62,000 bases of DNA from Octopus vulgaris (GCA_951406725.2 OX597818.1:27920001-27982000), one strand, 5' to 3'. Numbered from the stretch's first letter, positions 1 to 10,556 are shown. Made by a program: numbers and translations. The notes: a model not told the origin generated them from the sequence alone.

Positions 1-74
1 TGTATGTATGTATGTATGTATGTATGTATGTATGTGTCTATCTATCTATCTATCTGTCTGTCTATTTATCTATA

Positions 75-370
75 TCTTCTATATATATAAAGATGAGGAG
101 GCATGTCTATCTGTGTGAATCCCTAAAACTCGAGAACTACACAACCAATTTCATTCAAATTTTACACATATTTTACTTAGGGTCCAAGTAGTGTCATGGA
201 CCAAAAACAATTTTCAACTTCTTGCCTAATACGAGCCCAGAACAATCTCTTATTTCTTCCAATACATGTCAAAAGTGAAACAATAACATCTCTCTAATAT
301 AATGTCAGATACTTTCACTTCAATAGTTTCACTATTAATACTGAAACTATTAAAGTGAAACTGTTATCTC
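75..370 (+). mobile_element. Dispersed repeat, Helitron-type non-autonomous (second copy 37738-38055)
   Basis: The two copies align by eye. TCTATATATAAA-like start and 3' hairpin TTTCACTT..AAGTGAAA. Confidence 0.6.
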
Positions 371-732
371 ACATACATACATACATACATACATACATAC
401 ATACATACATACATACATACATACATACATACATACATACATACATACATACATAGTTGGACGTCTAAAAAGACATGTTAAGAGAGTGCATATGGTGGCA
501 CCTGTTTCTCCTGCCAGCCAGCACAATTGTCTAGTAGGTAATAAAATGTGTAAAAGCTTGACTGGGCTTAAAAGTCATATAAGGGTATCACATGGCAACA
601 ATAATGAAGCATTTCAGTAAGTTTTCTTGGAAATAGTTTTTCTCATGTAACAAGGGTGCAGCTATGATATATATATATGTGCAGATATAGAAACTATGTC
701 AAAACTGACATGGAGACTGAACACATAATTAA

Positions 733-908
733 GGGCATAGAAAAATTTCTAGCCTATATGCTGAAAATTTCTAGATTATATGCTGCTAAAAATTTTTAGC
801 CTATAAGCTCTCTCAACGTCAACATGTGTGTAACTTTGTGATTTTTAAAGAGGTGAAACAATTTAGCATCTATTTTCAGCATATAAGCTAGAATTATTTT
901 CTATGCTC
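733..908. mobile_element. MITE with TTAA target duplication (Kolobok-like RR..YY ends)
   Basis: TTAA|GGGCATAGAAAAA ... TTTTCTATGCTC|TTAA with about 40-bp imperfect TIRs. Confidence 0.7.
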
Positions 909-1044
909 TTAATTATAATTATATATATGATTTCACCTTAATACCTTTTATATGCTGGCCACTGATAAAATAAAAAAAAATTTAGTGCTCCAGCATGGCC
1001 GTAGTCAAATGACTGAAACAAATAAAAAAATAAAAGAATTTATT

Positions 1045-1320
1045 CATCATCATCATCATCATTTAATGTCCGTTTTCCATGCTTGCATGATTTGGACGGT
1101 TTGACTGAGGTCTGGAGAGCTAGTGGCTGCACCAGGCTCCAATTTGATCTGGCAATGTTTCTACAGCTTGATGCTCTCCCTAATGCCAACCACTCCGAGA
1201 GTGTAGTGGGTGTTTTTTACATGTCATCAGCACAGGAGCCAGTCAGGCAGGCCTGGCATTCATCACGTTCGGATAGTGCTTTTTACGTGCCACCAGTATG
1301 GGAACCAGTCAGATGGTCAT
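1045..1320 (-). mobile_element. RTE 3'-tail copy (others at 7477-7686 -, 43946-44030 -, 46530-46775 +, 47594-47656 -, 58082-58146 -)
   Basis: Shared (cat)n-cgtttaacgtccgttttccatgc signature identical to the 3' end of the 33.8-kb LINE. Confidence 0.85.
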
Positions 1321-1344
1321 CATCCATACCTAAAATCACCAAGA

Positions 1345-1460
1345 AGTTAAGAAGATAGACAAAGAACATGCTGTCTCACACTCCAGCATAGAAGTTTCTA
1401 TATGCTGTAACTTCTATGCTGGAGTGTGAGACAGCATGTTCTTTGTCTATTTTCTTAACT
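1345..1460. repeat. 52-bp inverted repeat (one mismatch), 12-nt loop
   Basis: 1345-1396 versus 1409-1460. Confidence 0.95.
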
Positions 1461-1790
1461 GTTTGGAGATTTTGGTCATAATTATATTAATGTATCCATC
1501 TGTTCTAATTTAATTAAATTCTATGTCTTTGTGCAACTGAGGATTGCTTTGCATTTTAAATTGATGTAATGATTGCATTGCTCAATTAAATGGAGTTGCA
1601 TGAAACGATCTTACTACATTACCTCTGGATATCCTTGTTGCTGATTTTGATTTTAATTACCTTATTTTGAAATTGTATGGATAATACTGTACTTCATTCT
1701 GGTGCCTCAACTTAAGTACCATATTCATCTGAATCTATATATATAATATATATATAATTATATATATTAGTTTTATATATATATATATAC

Positions 1791-1823
<33 letters not shown>

Positions 1824-1848
1824 AACATGTGTGTGCACACACACATAT

Positions 1849-1891
<43 letters not shown>

Positions 1892-1935
1892 AACACACAC
1901 GCACACATATATATATACATACATACATGTGTATA

Positions 1936-3113
1936 TCATCATCATCATCGTTTAACGTCCGCTTTCCATGCTGGTATGGGTTGGACGATTTGACAGAGGA
2001 CTGGCGAACCAGATGGGTGCACCAGGCTCCAATCTGATCTGGCAGTTTCAACAGCTAGATGCCCTTCCTAATGCCAATCACTCTGAGAGTGTAGTGGATG
2101 CTTTTACATGTCACCAGCACGAGGGCCAGTCAGGCAGTACTGGCAACGGCCATGCTCAAATGGTGTCTTTTACATGCCACCTGCACAGGAGCCAGTCCAG
2201 CGGCACTGGCAACAAACTTGCTTGAATATTTTTTCACATACCATTAGCACAAGTGTCAGTAAGGCTATGCTGGTAACGATCACGCTCAAATGGTGCTTTT
2301 TATGCGCCACTGGCATGGAAGTTAGTCAGCTGCTCTGGCAACGGTCATGCTTGGATGGTGCTCTTAGCGCTCAACTAGCACAGATGCCCGTCATCGAATT
2401 TGATTTCGATTTCACTTGCATCAACAGGTCTTTACAAGCAGAGTTTAGTTTCCAATAAAGGAAAGGTATGCATAAGTGGGGTGGTTACACCCCTGGCATA
2501 GGCCACATGTTATGGTCTCACTTGGTTTGCCAGGTCTTCTCAAGCACAGTATAGTTCCAAAGGTCTTGGTCACTAGTCATTGCCTTGGTGAAGCCTAATG
2601 TTCGAAGGTCGTGCTTCACCACCTCATCCCAGGTCTTCCTGGGTCTACCTCTTCCACAAGTTCCCTCCACCACTAGAGTGTGGCACTTTTTCACTCAGCT
2701 ATCCTCATCCATTCTCGCCACATGACCATACCAGCACAGTCGTCTCTCTTGCACACCACATCTGATGCTTCTTATGTCCAACTATTCTCTCAAGGTACTT
2801 ACACTCTGTCAAATATGCACACTGACATTATAAATCCAGTGGAGCATACTAGCTTCATTCCTTGCAAGCTTATGTATGTCCTCAGCAGTCACGGCCCATG
2901 TTTCAGTGCCATGTAGCATGGCTATTCGTACACATGCGTCATACTTTCTACCTTTTACTCTGAGCGAGAGGCCCTTTATCACCAGCAGAGGTAAGAGCTC
3001 TCTGAACTTTGCCCAGGCTATTCTTATTCTTGCAACTACACTTTCAGTGCACCCACCCCCACTACTGACTTGGTCACTTAAGTAATGGAAGCTATCAACT
3101 ACTTCTAGTTTTT
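1936..3113 (-). mobile_element. RTE LINE 3' fragment (RT C-terminus + 3' UTR)
   Basis: LEVVDSFHYLSDQVSSGGGC..RIRIAWAKFRELLPLL and the family tail. Confidence 0.9.
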
Positions 3114-3907
3114 CAAGCAATAATTATAATGATATAGGACATGGAGACTTGTGCATCCTCAAAATTTATTTCCTCTTATTTTACAATTTCATACTGCATA
3201 TTATTGTGGTCTTTATGACATATACGTGTTTCACTGCACAGATTATGGGCAGTTGCAGATGCGAATTGGCATGATTTTCATATGGTTTCTTCAGGGCTCA
3301 TCCATTTGGCTAGTTTGAAGAGAACTGAGTGGAGTTAGTTATTGTAAGTAAGGGTTCAGGAGAAATGGGGTGTTGTTTTGACCTCAAATTCACATCAGTT
3401 GCTGTCTAAAGTCAAGGCTTAGTCTAATTAGGTCTAGGTTGATGTTAGTGTTCTCACAGAGCTCCTTGTTTATGGCAGCTTGGAATTCAAGTGTAGTGCT
3501 TGTAGTGTAAAGTCTTTAGTTGTTCATATATTCATTTTCTTGACTGTGTTGTTTATGTTTTGTAGTATACATTTGATAAAGTATATGCTAGGTTTGTTAC
3601 AGAGGACCATGAATTGTGTGGGTTTAGTATATGTCCTTTTATCTGTCCTTTCATATTCAATTGTGTGGAGGGCATTGGTTATCCAGAACCTTCATTAATT
3701 TTTTTTAAAGTCTTGTGTTTGTGTAAACATCTTAAGGCCTGTTCAAGTCTTTACTTAATACCAGATTTTCGATAAAGTTGAAGCACAGGCCATCATGAAT
3801 TTCCTCTTTTTGAAATGTAATAGAGCAGTGGAAATCTATGGCAAGATAAAAGATGTCTTGAAGGATGGCTGCTCATCTTACTCCCCCATGAAAATCTGGG
3901 TATCAGA

Positions 3908-4330
3908 TGTCCTTTAGATGGTTCCTGTCTAGTTACCAACGTTATATATAAATGTGTAGTCAAGGACGAGGATAAGCTAAATAAATTTTATATAGGTAGC
4001 ACGATAGACTTTAAGGCGAGATATAGATCACATATGAGCTCTTTTGCTAGCGACAAATACTGTAACTCAACTACACTTGCATCCCATATACACAACTTGA
4101 AGAAAAATAATAAGAATTATTATCTAGAATGGTCCATTATTTCTAAAACCCCAAATTTCAAGGGAAATATTAACAAGTGTAAGCTATGCATAAAGGAATC
4201 CCTTACCATCCTTAGGTGTTATGGACTGCACATTCTGAATAAATTTACGGACGTGATTCCCTTTTGCATCCATAAATTTTCTTCTACATTCTTAAAAGTC
4301 TATAGGAATAAAATAAGTTGTAGAAAATAA
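3908..4330 (+). mobile_element. Penelope-like element, GIY-YIG endonuclease domain (open frame)
   Basis: CPLDGSCLVTNVIYKCVV..KFYIGSTIDFKARYRSHMSSF..STTLASHIHNLK..LEWSII..CKLCIKE..LNK..CIHK. Confidence 0.85.
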
Positions 4331-4504
4331 ATAATTTAGCTTTTACAGGATTTGAAACCATGGAGGTTCAATTTAATTTAATTCGATTTAATTTAATTGA
4401 ACTTAATTTAATTTAATACACCCATTTTTTATTTTTTTATTTATTTATTTACTTTTTTCTTAACTACTTTTTTTACTGCTTTATTATATATATATATTTA
4501 TTTT

Positions 4505-5316
4505 TTTTATTTATCTAGTTTCAGCTCACTAGCTGTGGCCATGCTGGGGCACCACCATTTGGTGTTGCTACATGATTTTACTTCACAAATGCTTTTTAGC
4601 AATTGCCATTTGGTGCATGAGAGAGTTCGATGCAGCTGCCCTCATCTGCACCTCCTGCTGTGAAGTTGGTCCATCAGGGATACCTGACAAGAAGAGATCC
4701 AGTTTCATTTTAAAGACATCTGCATCCACCCCATGCAGGTCTCTTAGGTTCTTCGGGAGGATATTGAAGAGCTGTGGGCCTCAGAAGCCCAGGCTATCAC
4801 AGTATCTTGTCCTACATCTTGATGGCAAATTTGGAGTCCTTGGCACCACGCAGTGGCGCCCAGTTCTGGCATTTGTGTAACTCTCGATGCCAAAGTTTGG
4901 GACAAGTCCTTCTAGGATCTTCCAGATGTATACTATGGCATATCTTTCTCGCCTACGCTCTAAGGAATAGAGTCTCAATCTCTTGAGTCTTTCCCAATAG
5001 CTTATATGCTGCACAGAAGCTATCTTCTTCATGTAGCTTCGTTGGATCACCTCAAGTTCTGTGATTAACTTGACACTGGATGGTGACCATAGCTGAGAGC
5101 AATAGTCAAAGTGGCTTAGGACAAGTGTCCTCCAGAGGACCATCATGGTCTCCTGATCTCTTGTTCTGAAGGTTCTAAGAATCCATCTGGTCAGCCACCT
5201 ACATTTCATTGCCAATTTAGTGACATGCACATGAAAGGCTGCATCATCACTCATGTAAATACCCAGGTCTTGCACTGATTGTGCCTCTGGGATTGCAGTC
5301 CCTCCAGGTCCAGTGT
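4505..5316 (-). mobile_element. CR1/L2-group LINE 3' part
   Basis: DLGIYMS..WILRTF..HFDYCSQLWSP..YWERLKRLRLYSLERRRERY..FKMKLDLFLSGIPD, with a 3' stem-loop tail. Confidence 0.9.
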
Positions 5317-5519
5317 ATATATATATATATATTTTTAAATTTTAAAAAATTAAAAAATTTTTTTTTTTACCGCCTTATTTCTCTACTGCTTTAAAAGAAA
5401 ATTTTTTTACTGCTTTAATTCCTTCTTTTGGGCTTATCCAAGCATGCATGCTTCAATAGGAAAGCACACAATATTGTGTTAGCCTGGTACGCGATGATGT
5501 CTGTCTCTCTATATTTTTT

Positions 5520-5599
5520 TCCCCTGAGGAAGGAGGTATTATCTTGATGCACCCTAGTGCTTTAAACATAATAATACACCTCTGAAATGGCCATAGGGA
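5520..5599 (+). ncRNA. Minimal type I hammerhead (Penelope pLTR type) with long stem II
   Basis: Stem I TCCC/GGGA, core CTGAGGA(5524-30), about 11-bp bulged stem II (5531-42/5571-83), GAAA(5584-87), palindromic TGGCCA stem III, triplet ATA (cut after 5595). Confidence 0.7.
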
Positions 5600-5841
5600 T
5601 TAAGTAAATATGGTTTCCTCTTTTTTAACTATAAGGCTTCTCTTACTTGAATAGTAATTTTATAAGATTTCTAAACGATGAACTTTTATTTTATTTACAT
5701 GATATATATTATATATTTTTTACATGCTTCCTATATATTTTTATATATTTTTATATACCTATATATTTTTACTTTCTAGGTGTTGTAATGTTTTTAAAAA
5801 AAATATATTTCTCTGAATCGCTAAAGTATTAACTCTAAACC

Positions 5842-5917
5842 ATGATGAACTTTTTTCTTGCACTTTCTTATATGCTTATACAGATGAATTATGTTCCATC
5901 TTGCGGGATGTTTATAT
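5842..5917 (+). CDS. Candidate signal-peptide exon MMNFFLALSYMLIQMNYVPSCGMFI
   Basis: ATG, hydrophobic core, and a phase-1 donor T|GTATAT that is in frame with 6890. The donor is weak and the region may be PLE-derived. Confidence 0.2.
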
Positions 5918-6191
5918 GTATATTCTATGATTAAATGTTCGAATTATGAAATGTTATGTGGATGACCTTGCATTTGTTTGTTCTATAACCTTAGTTTGAT
6001 ATATTTGTCTCTTTCAATTGAGCACTTCTATAGCAGTCCTATTAAACATTTTGTTCCTGATAAGAAACAATCACTGTATTATTGATATATATATATATAT
6101 ATATAAATATATACTAAATTAATAATAATATACATATGTATATAATTATATTAAGGGAGCAATGGCAAAAATGACATATCTCCAGCATCCC

Positions 6192-6570
6192 TTATAACTC
6201 GCTCTGAGATTTATCATTGTTTGATTTCACTTTTTCAATATCAGTGTCAAATCGACACTGGAAAAAGTATATGTATTTGTGAAGGGATCTGACTTCTCAT
6301 CGACAACCATGATTGTCACACGCTGATGAAAGGTAAACACCTTGAAACTCGGGTACGTGTGTATCATGTGTTGAAGACGGGGACGATGACTCCCCTTCAC
6401 AAATACTGAGAGGACACAGATAGTGTGTCTATAGCCAGCTGGAGGAGATATCTTCCTGGGGTTACAAACTACAGTAGCATCCACCCTTATGGGTTAGCCA
6501 TATTCAAATGGCAAATATGCATCACGATGTGTTACCGCTACTGTTTATAACTCGCTCTGAGATTTATCAT

Positions 6571-6571
<1 letters not shown>
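6192..6571 (+). mobile_element. Retrozyme-like element: 353-nt unit plus 27-nt terminal direct repeat
   Basis: TTATAACTCGCTCTGAGATTTATCATT occurs at 6192-6218 and 6545-6571. The unit contains the hammerhead and many helices, and is followed by (TA)n. Confidence 0.75.
6308..6368 (+). ncRNA. Intact extended type I hammerhead ribozyme
   Basis: Stem I CACACG(6317-22)/CGTGTG(6356-61), core CTGATGA(6323-29), stem II AAGGT-aaac-ACCTT, GAAA(6344-47), stem III AC-tcgg-GT, cleavage triplet GTA (cut after 6355). Distal stem I CATGAT/ATCATG lies beyond an internal loop. Confidence 0.92.
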
Positions 6572-6602
<31 letters not shown>

Positions 6603-6889
6603 TGTGGTATCATTTGACAAACTTACCTTGCCATATATTTAACTATGATTCTTGCTCACAATCATTCTACTTAACCCATTCCTCCTTAAAATATCTTCTA
6701 ATGTGCTTCAGTAGATTTAGCTTTATATTCTTCTGCAGAATAAAAGAAAAATTTTTGTTACACATAATACTTATTTCATATTTTCAGCTGGAATGGAATA
6801 GAAACAAACAGACTCGTTTTATTATACTTAAAATATTCCATCATTTGGTGTATAATACTTGATTTATTTTGTAATAATTTATCTTTTAG

Positions 6890-7201
6890 ATGATAATAGG
6901 AATCTTTACCCAAGTTCTGAAACACCAAATGCCATAAAGGATAAAAAATTCACATTGAAATGTAAAACAATAGGTACTGGTACTACAGTAATTTGGTATA
7001 CTGGAAATGGAACAGTTATTGCTAAATACATTGGATCATTGAACCAAAATATTGTTAAATATTTTGGTAAACGCCAAGAAACTAGTTGCCAACATTCAAG
7101 CTGTACATTGAGTATAACCAGCATTAGTTTAGCTGAAGACAACATGGACATTATTTGCAAAGGCGGTTTCCATACAAGCAAGTATAGTATTACAGTATTT
7201 G
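6890..7201 (+). CDS. IgSF membrane receptor, Ig domain 1 exon (V-like)
   Basis: Acceptor atcttttAG at 6888-6889, donor GTAAGT at 7202, phase 1-1, 312 nt. Peptide FTLKCKT..VIWY..CTLSI..DIICKG has Ig Cys/Trp spacing. Confidence 0.85.
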
Positions 7202-7686
7202 GTAAGTAATTATTTTTTGCACAGTTGTGTGATTTTATTCTATTATTCCTTTATTTATTTCAGTCATTAGACTGTGACCATACTAGGGCATTACTTGCAG
7301 GGTTTAGTCGAGTATGTGGACCCCAGTATTTTGAGTCTCTTATTTTTATTGGTCTCTTTTTACCAAACTGCTAAGTGACTGGAAAGTAAACATATCTACA
7401 ATGGTTGTAAAGTGGTAAGAAACAAACACTAAGTTGCACACACTTATACACATCAATAAATATACATAAATATACATCATCATCATCATCATCATCATCA
7501 TTGTCATCATCCCCACCATCATCACTTAATATCCATTTTCCATATTGGCATGGGTTAGATGGTTTGGGAAGAGATGGCACTCCAGAGGACTGAGCCAAGC
7601 TCTACTGTCTACTGGGTGCTTTTTATGTGACACCATCAGCAGTGATGTTGCCAAATAACTTGGCATTTGAGGAAATCTATTTCCTG

Positions 7687-7876
7687 TGTATTTGGGGATG
7701 GTCATGTTGCCCATTTAGCCAATGAAAACACACGTACTATATATTTGGTGTTCACTTGCTTCAGCTTTATTTTATAGTAATTGTATTTTGGCCAGAATTC
7801 TTTTGTCACATTTCTGTGACCTCATCAGTGGTCCTTTGCTTTCTTCTTTCTTTTTCATCTCTCCTTACTAATGACC
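7687..7876 (+). repeat. 190-bp direct repeat, copy 1
   Basis: 9 mismatches by hand count versus 8908-9097. Confidence 0.95.
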
Positions 7877-8907
7877 TGCCATTTTGTATTCTTGTTGTAG
7901 GAGGTGGCTTTGTGCTAGGTGATGAGAGGCCAGATTATGAATAGAGGGACAGAAATAGGTGTCTTACTGTAGAGGAGATACATGGCTACCTCACATGGGA
8001 TAGAAGAGAGAGAAAAGATGGTGAAGAATATGTGTTGTGGGGTACCCTCAAGTTACAGGTAGGTAGTAGGAGGACTGGATAAGGTGAGTGGGTGGGTAAG
8101 TTCATGAGAGTGCAAAAGAAAAATGAATGCAAGTAGAGGGAGGGAATGTGAAGAAGATATGTTGTTGAGAAGGAATATATTCATCAGAAGTAGATTGTGT
8201 GCAAGGAAATTCATGAGATTTGATAGGAGAGTGGGAGATAAACGGGAAGGGAATGCAATGAGAGGTGAACTTGAGTGAAGGGAATGGGTGTTAGGAAGAT
8301 GAGTTATTGGGAAGATATTTGTCAGAGACAGATTCTGAGCAGGGGTGTAGGTATAAACATTTCTTTGGGGCCTCAATTTTACCTACATGAACAGATCTTA
8401 TCAAGCACAGCAAATCCTCTGTAAGGCTCAATGTCTTAAGGCCCCTTTGTACCAATTTGTTCCACAGGTTCCATCCACATATAGCAATTGGTACTTCTTT
8501 ATGCTGCTCTTCTCATAAATATGCACTAACATGACCATGCCAGTGCAGTCTCCTCTCTTACACACTACATTTTATTCCTTTTATACCCAATTTTTCTGTC
8601 AACACATTTCTACTTTGTTGTATATTCACACTGACATTGTACATCCACCAGAATATAGTAGCTTCATTTCTGTCTAGCCTTTACATGACCTCTGCATTCA
8701 TAGCCATGTGGTATAGCTATTCCTAAACAAGCATCATAAATCTGCCATTCACTCTGAGCAAGAGGCCCTTTCTAACCAACAAAGAAATAGCTCTCTAAAC
8801 TTTCTGTAGCCAGTTCTTATTCTAACTACTACACTTTAAGAGTACCCTTCTCCACTGCTAATTAGATCACTTAGGTTACAGAAACTACCTTCTACCACTA
8901 AGGTTGT
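7877..8907 (-). mobile_element. Degenerate RTE 3' fragment between 190-bp direct repeats
   Basis: LVVEGSFCNLSDLISSGEGYS is homologous to LEVVDSFCYLGDQVSSGGGCS. Confidence 0.7.
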
Positions 8908-9097
8908 TGTATTTGGGGATGACCCTGTTGCCAATTTAGCCAATGAAAACACATGCACTATATATTTGGTGTTCACTTGCTTCAGCTTTATTTTATAGTA
9001 ATTGTATTTTGGCCAGAGTTCTTTTGTCACATTTCTGTGACCTCATCAGTGGCCCTTTGCTTTCTTCTTTCTTTTTCATCTCTCCTTACTAACGACC
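8908..9097 (+). repeat. 190-bp direct repeat, copy 2
   Basis: See copy 1. Confidence 0.95.
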
Positions 9098-9879
9098 GGT
9101 CATTTCGTAGTCCTGTTCTATGTGTCTTTATTTGGATATGCGTATATCCTTGTGTGAGTCTATGTTTAGTAAATGTGTGTGTAGGAATGTGTATGGTATC
9201 TGCATTATCAATATCCCCTGTTTAATCATGTTTGTTTAATTTACTTTCATTTACTTTATTCATTTCCTTTTATCTACTTGCATTTTCATTTCTTTCTTTT
9301 TTTGTATTAATTTAATTTATTTTATTCTGTTTATGTATATAATTATTAAATTCCATTTGTTTATCTGTGTATTGTATTAGTTTCATATTATTATCAGTTT
9401 ATTCTGTCAAAGGTTGTGATGTGTGAGAGTGTATGTTAGTGTTCCATTCTAGTTTTCTATTTAGGCTAAGTTTATATTTTATTATGTGTGTAGCTTCCGT
9501 AATTTGTCTAAATATTGCTTCTGTTCTATGTGTGGACAAGATTTTAACTTCTATGTTGTTGAGTGAGCCCCATTGTTCCTACTCAGTGTGCTGGTACAGA
9601 ACCGATGAGCTCTTCTTTTCCTTAAGTTCCCTTCAATGCTCATTTACCTGCTATCTTATGCTCTGTGCTGTCTCCCCTACGTATATTGTTGTCTTGTTTC
9701 TGCACCGTTCCTCTGTACAGCTTATACTATAGACTACATTCCAAGCTTTTCAGTTTGTTTATGGGCTCAATCTACATACAATGCAGTTCATATCAGTACG
9801 GGGGTTCTGCTAAAAGGATAGGTTCTACCGATTAGGGATCTGATAGGGTTACCTGGCCTTACTACAACCTTAATTCTTA

Positions 9880-10160
9880 ACTTGAGCTTGTCTAGAGTCC
9901 TTCTAAAGAATTTGTAATCATTACTCTACATTTAGGGATAGGAATAAATGTAACAGTTACAGGGCTTAGTAAATTAATTTGGGATCTAAAAGATCGCAAT
10001 AAACAATTTAATTTAGATAGGTTGATTCTCTCAATTTCGATACCTTATGACAAAGGCAAGGAATTCTGTCTTCTCTGTAATTCTGAATTATTTTTTATTC
10101 TTTTTTCTAAAAATCCCCTTGCAATGACGGTTATAGAGCGTGCATACCGATGTAAACGTT
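9880..10160 (+). mobile_element. Penelope-like GIY-YIG C-terminal relic (frameshifted)
   Basis: NHYSTFRDRNK / TGLSKLIWDLKDRN..IPYDKGKEFCLLCNSE, collinear with the 3908 copy. Confidence 0.7.
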
Positions 10161-10509
10161 GGCAGAAACACACCTTTAGTTCATATAAGTGATTTCTATC
10201 ATTATATATAATTTAAACATTAATTTTCTTCTTATACTTCACATTCACTAGATATATATTTTTCCTAGTCTATATGGTTTTATTTAATATATATATAGTC
10301 ATATACTTCTCATTTATTTAGTTTTCCTTTACTTTATCCCTCCTCTTTCTATAGGCTACCTCTGACGTTATATCCTATAACGTTTTTTTGAAACAATATT
10401 AATAGCATTCAGTTAATCACTATACATATCCATCATTTTCTTTGCCACAAGTATTTAAATCTTTCTCTCTATGGTCATATGCATCAGTTAATATTTCTCT
10501 AGACCTATT

Positions 10510-10556
<47 letters not shown>

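Noticed and set aside
1712-2051. ORF-track peptides rich in YI/CV/HT (also 26655-26907, 38959-39279, 43666-44034, 47617-47884, 54712-55245, poly-His 56710-57006)
   Set aside because: Translations of (TA)n, (TG)n, (CATA)n and (GAT)n microsatellites; not genes.
3220-3295. CTGAAGA and GAAAC-AC-GTA on the - strand
   Set aside because: The two half-sites are not joined by a closing stem II and stem I is mismatched.
3908-4330. Selenocysteine-type (UGA) recoding as reported for some Naiad PLEs
   Set aside because: The conserved Cys positions here are TGT/TGC, and I could not identify a SECIS by eye.
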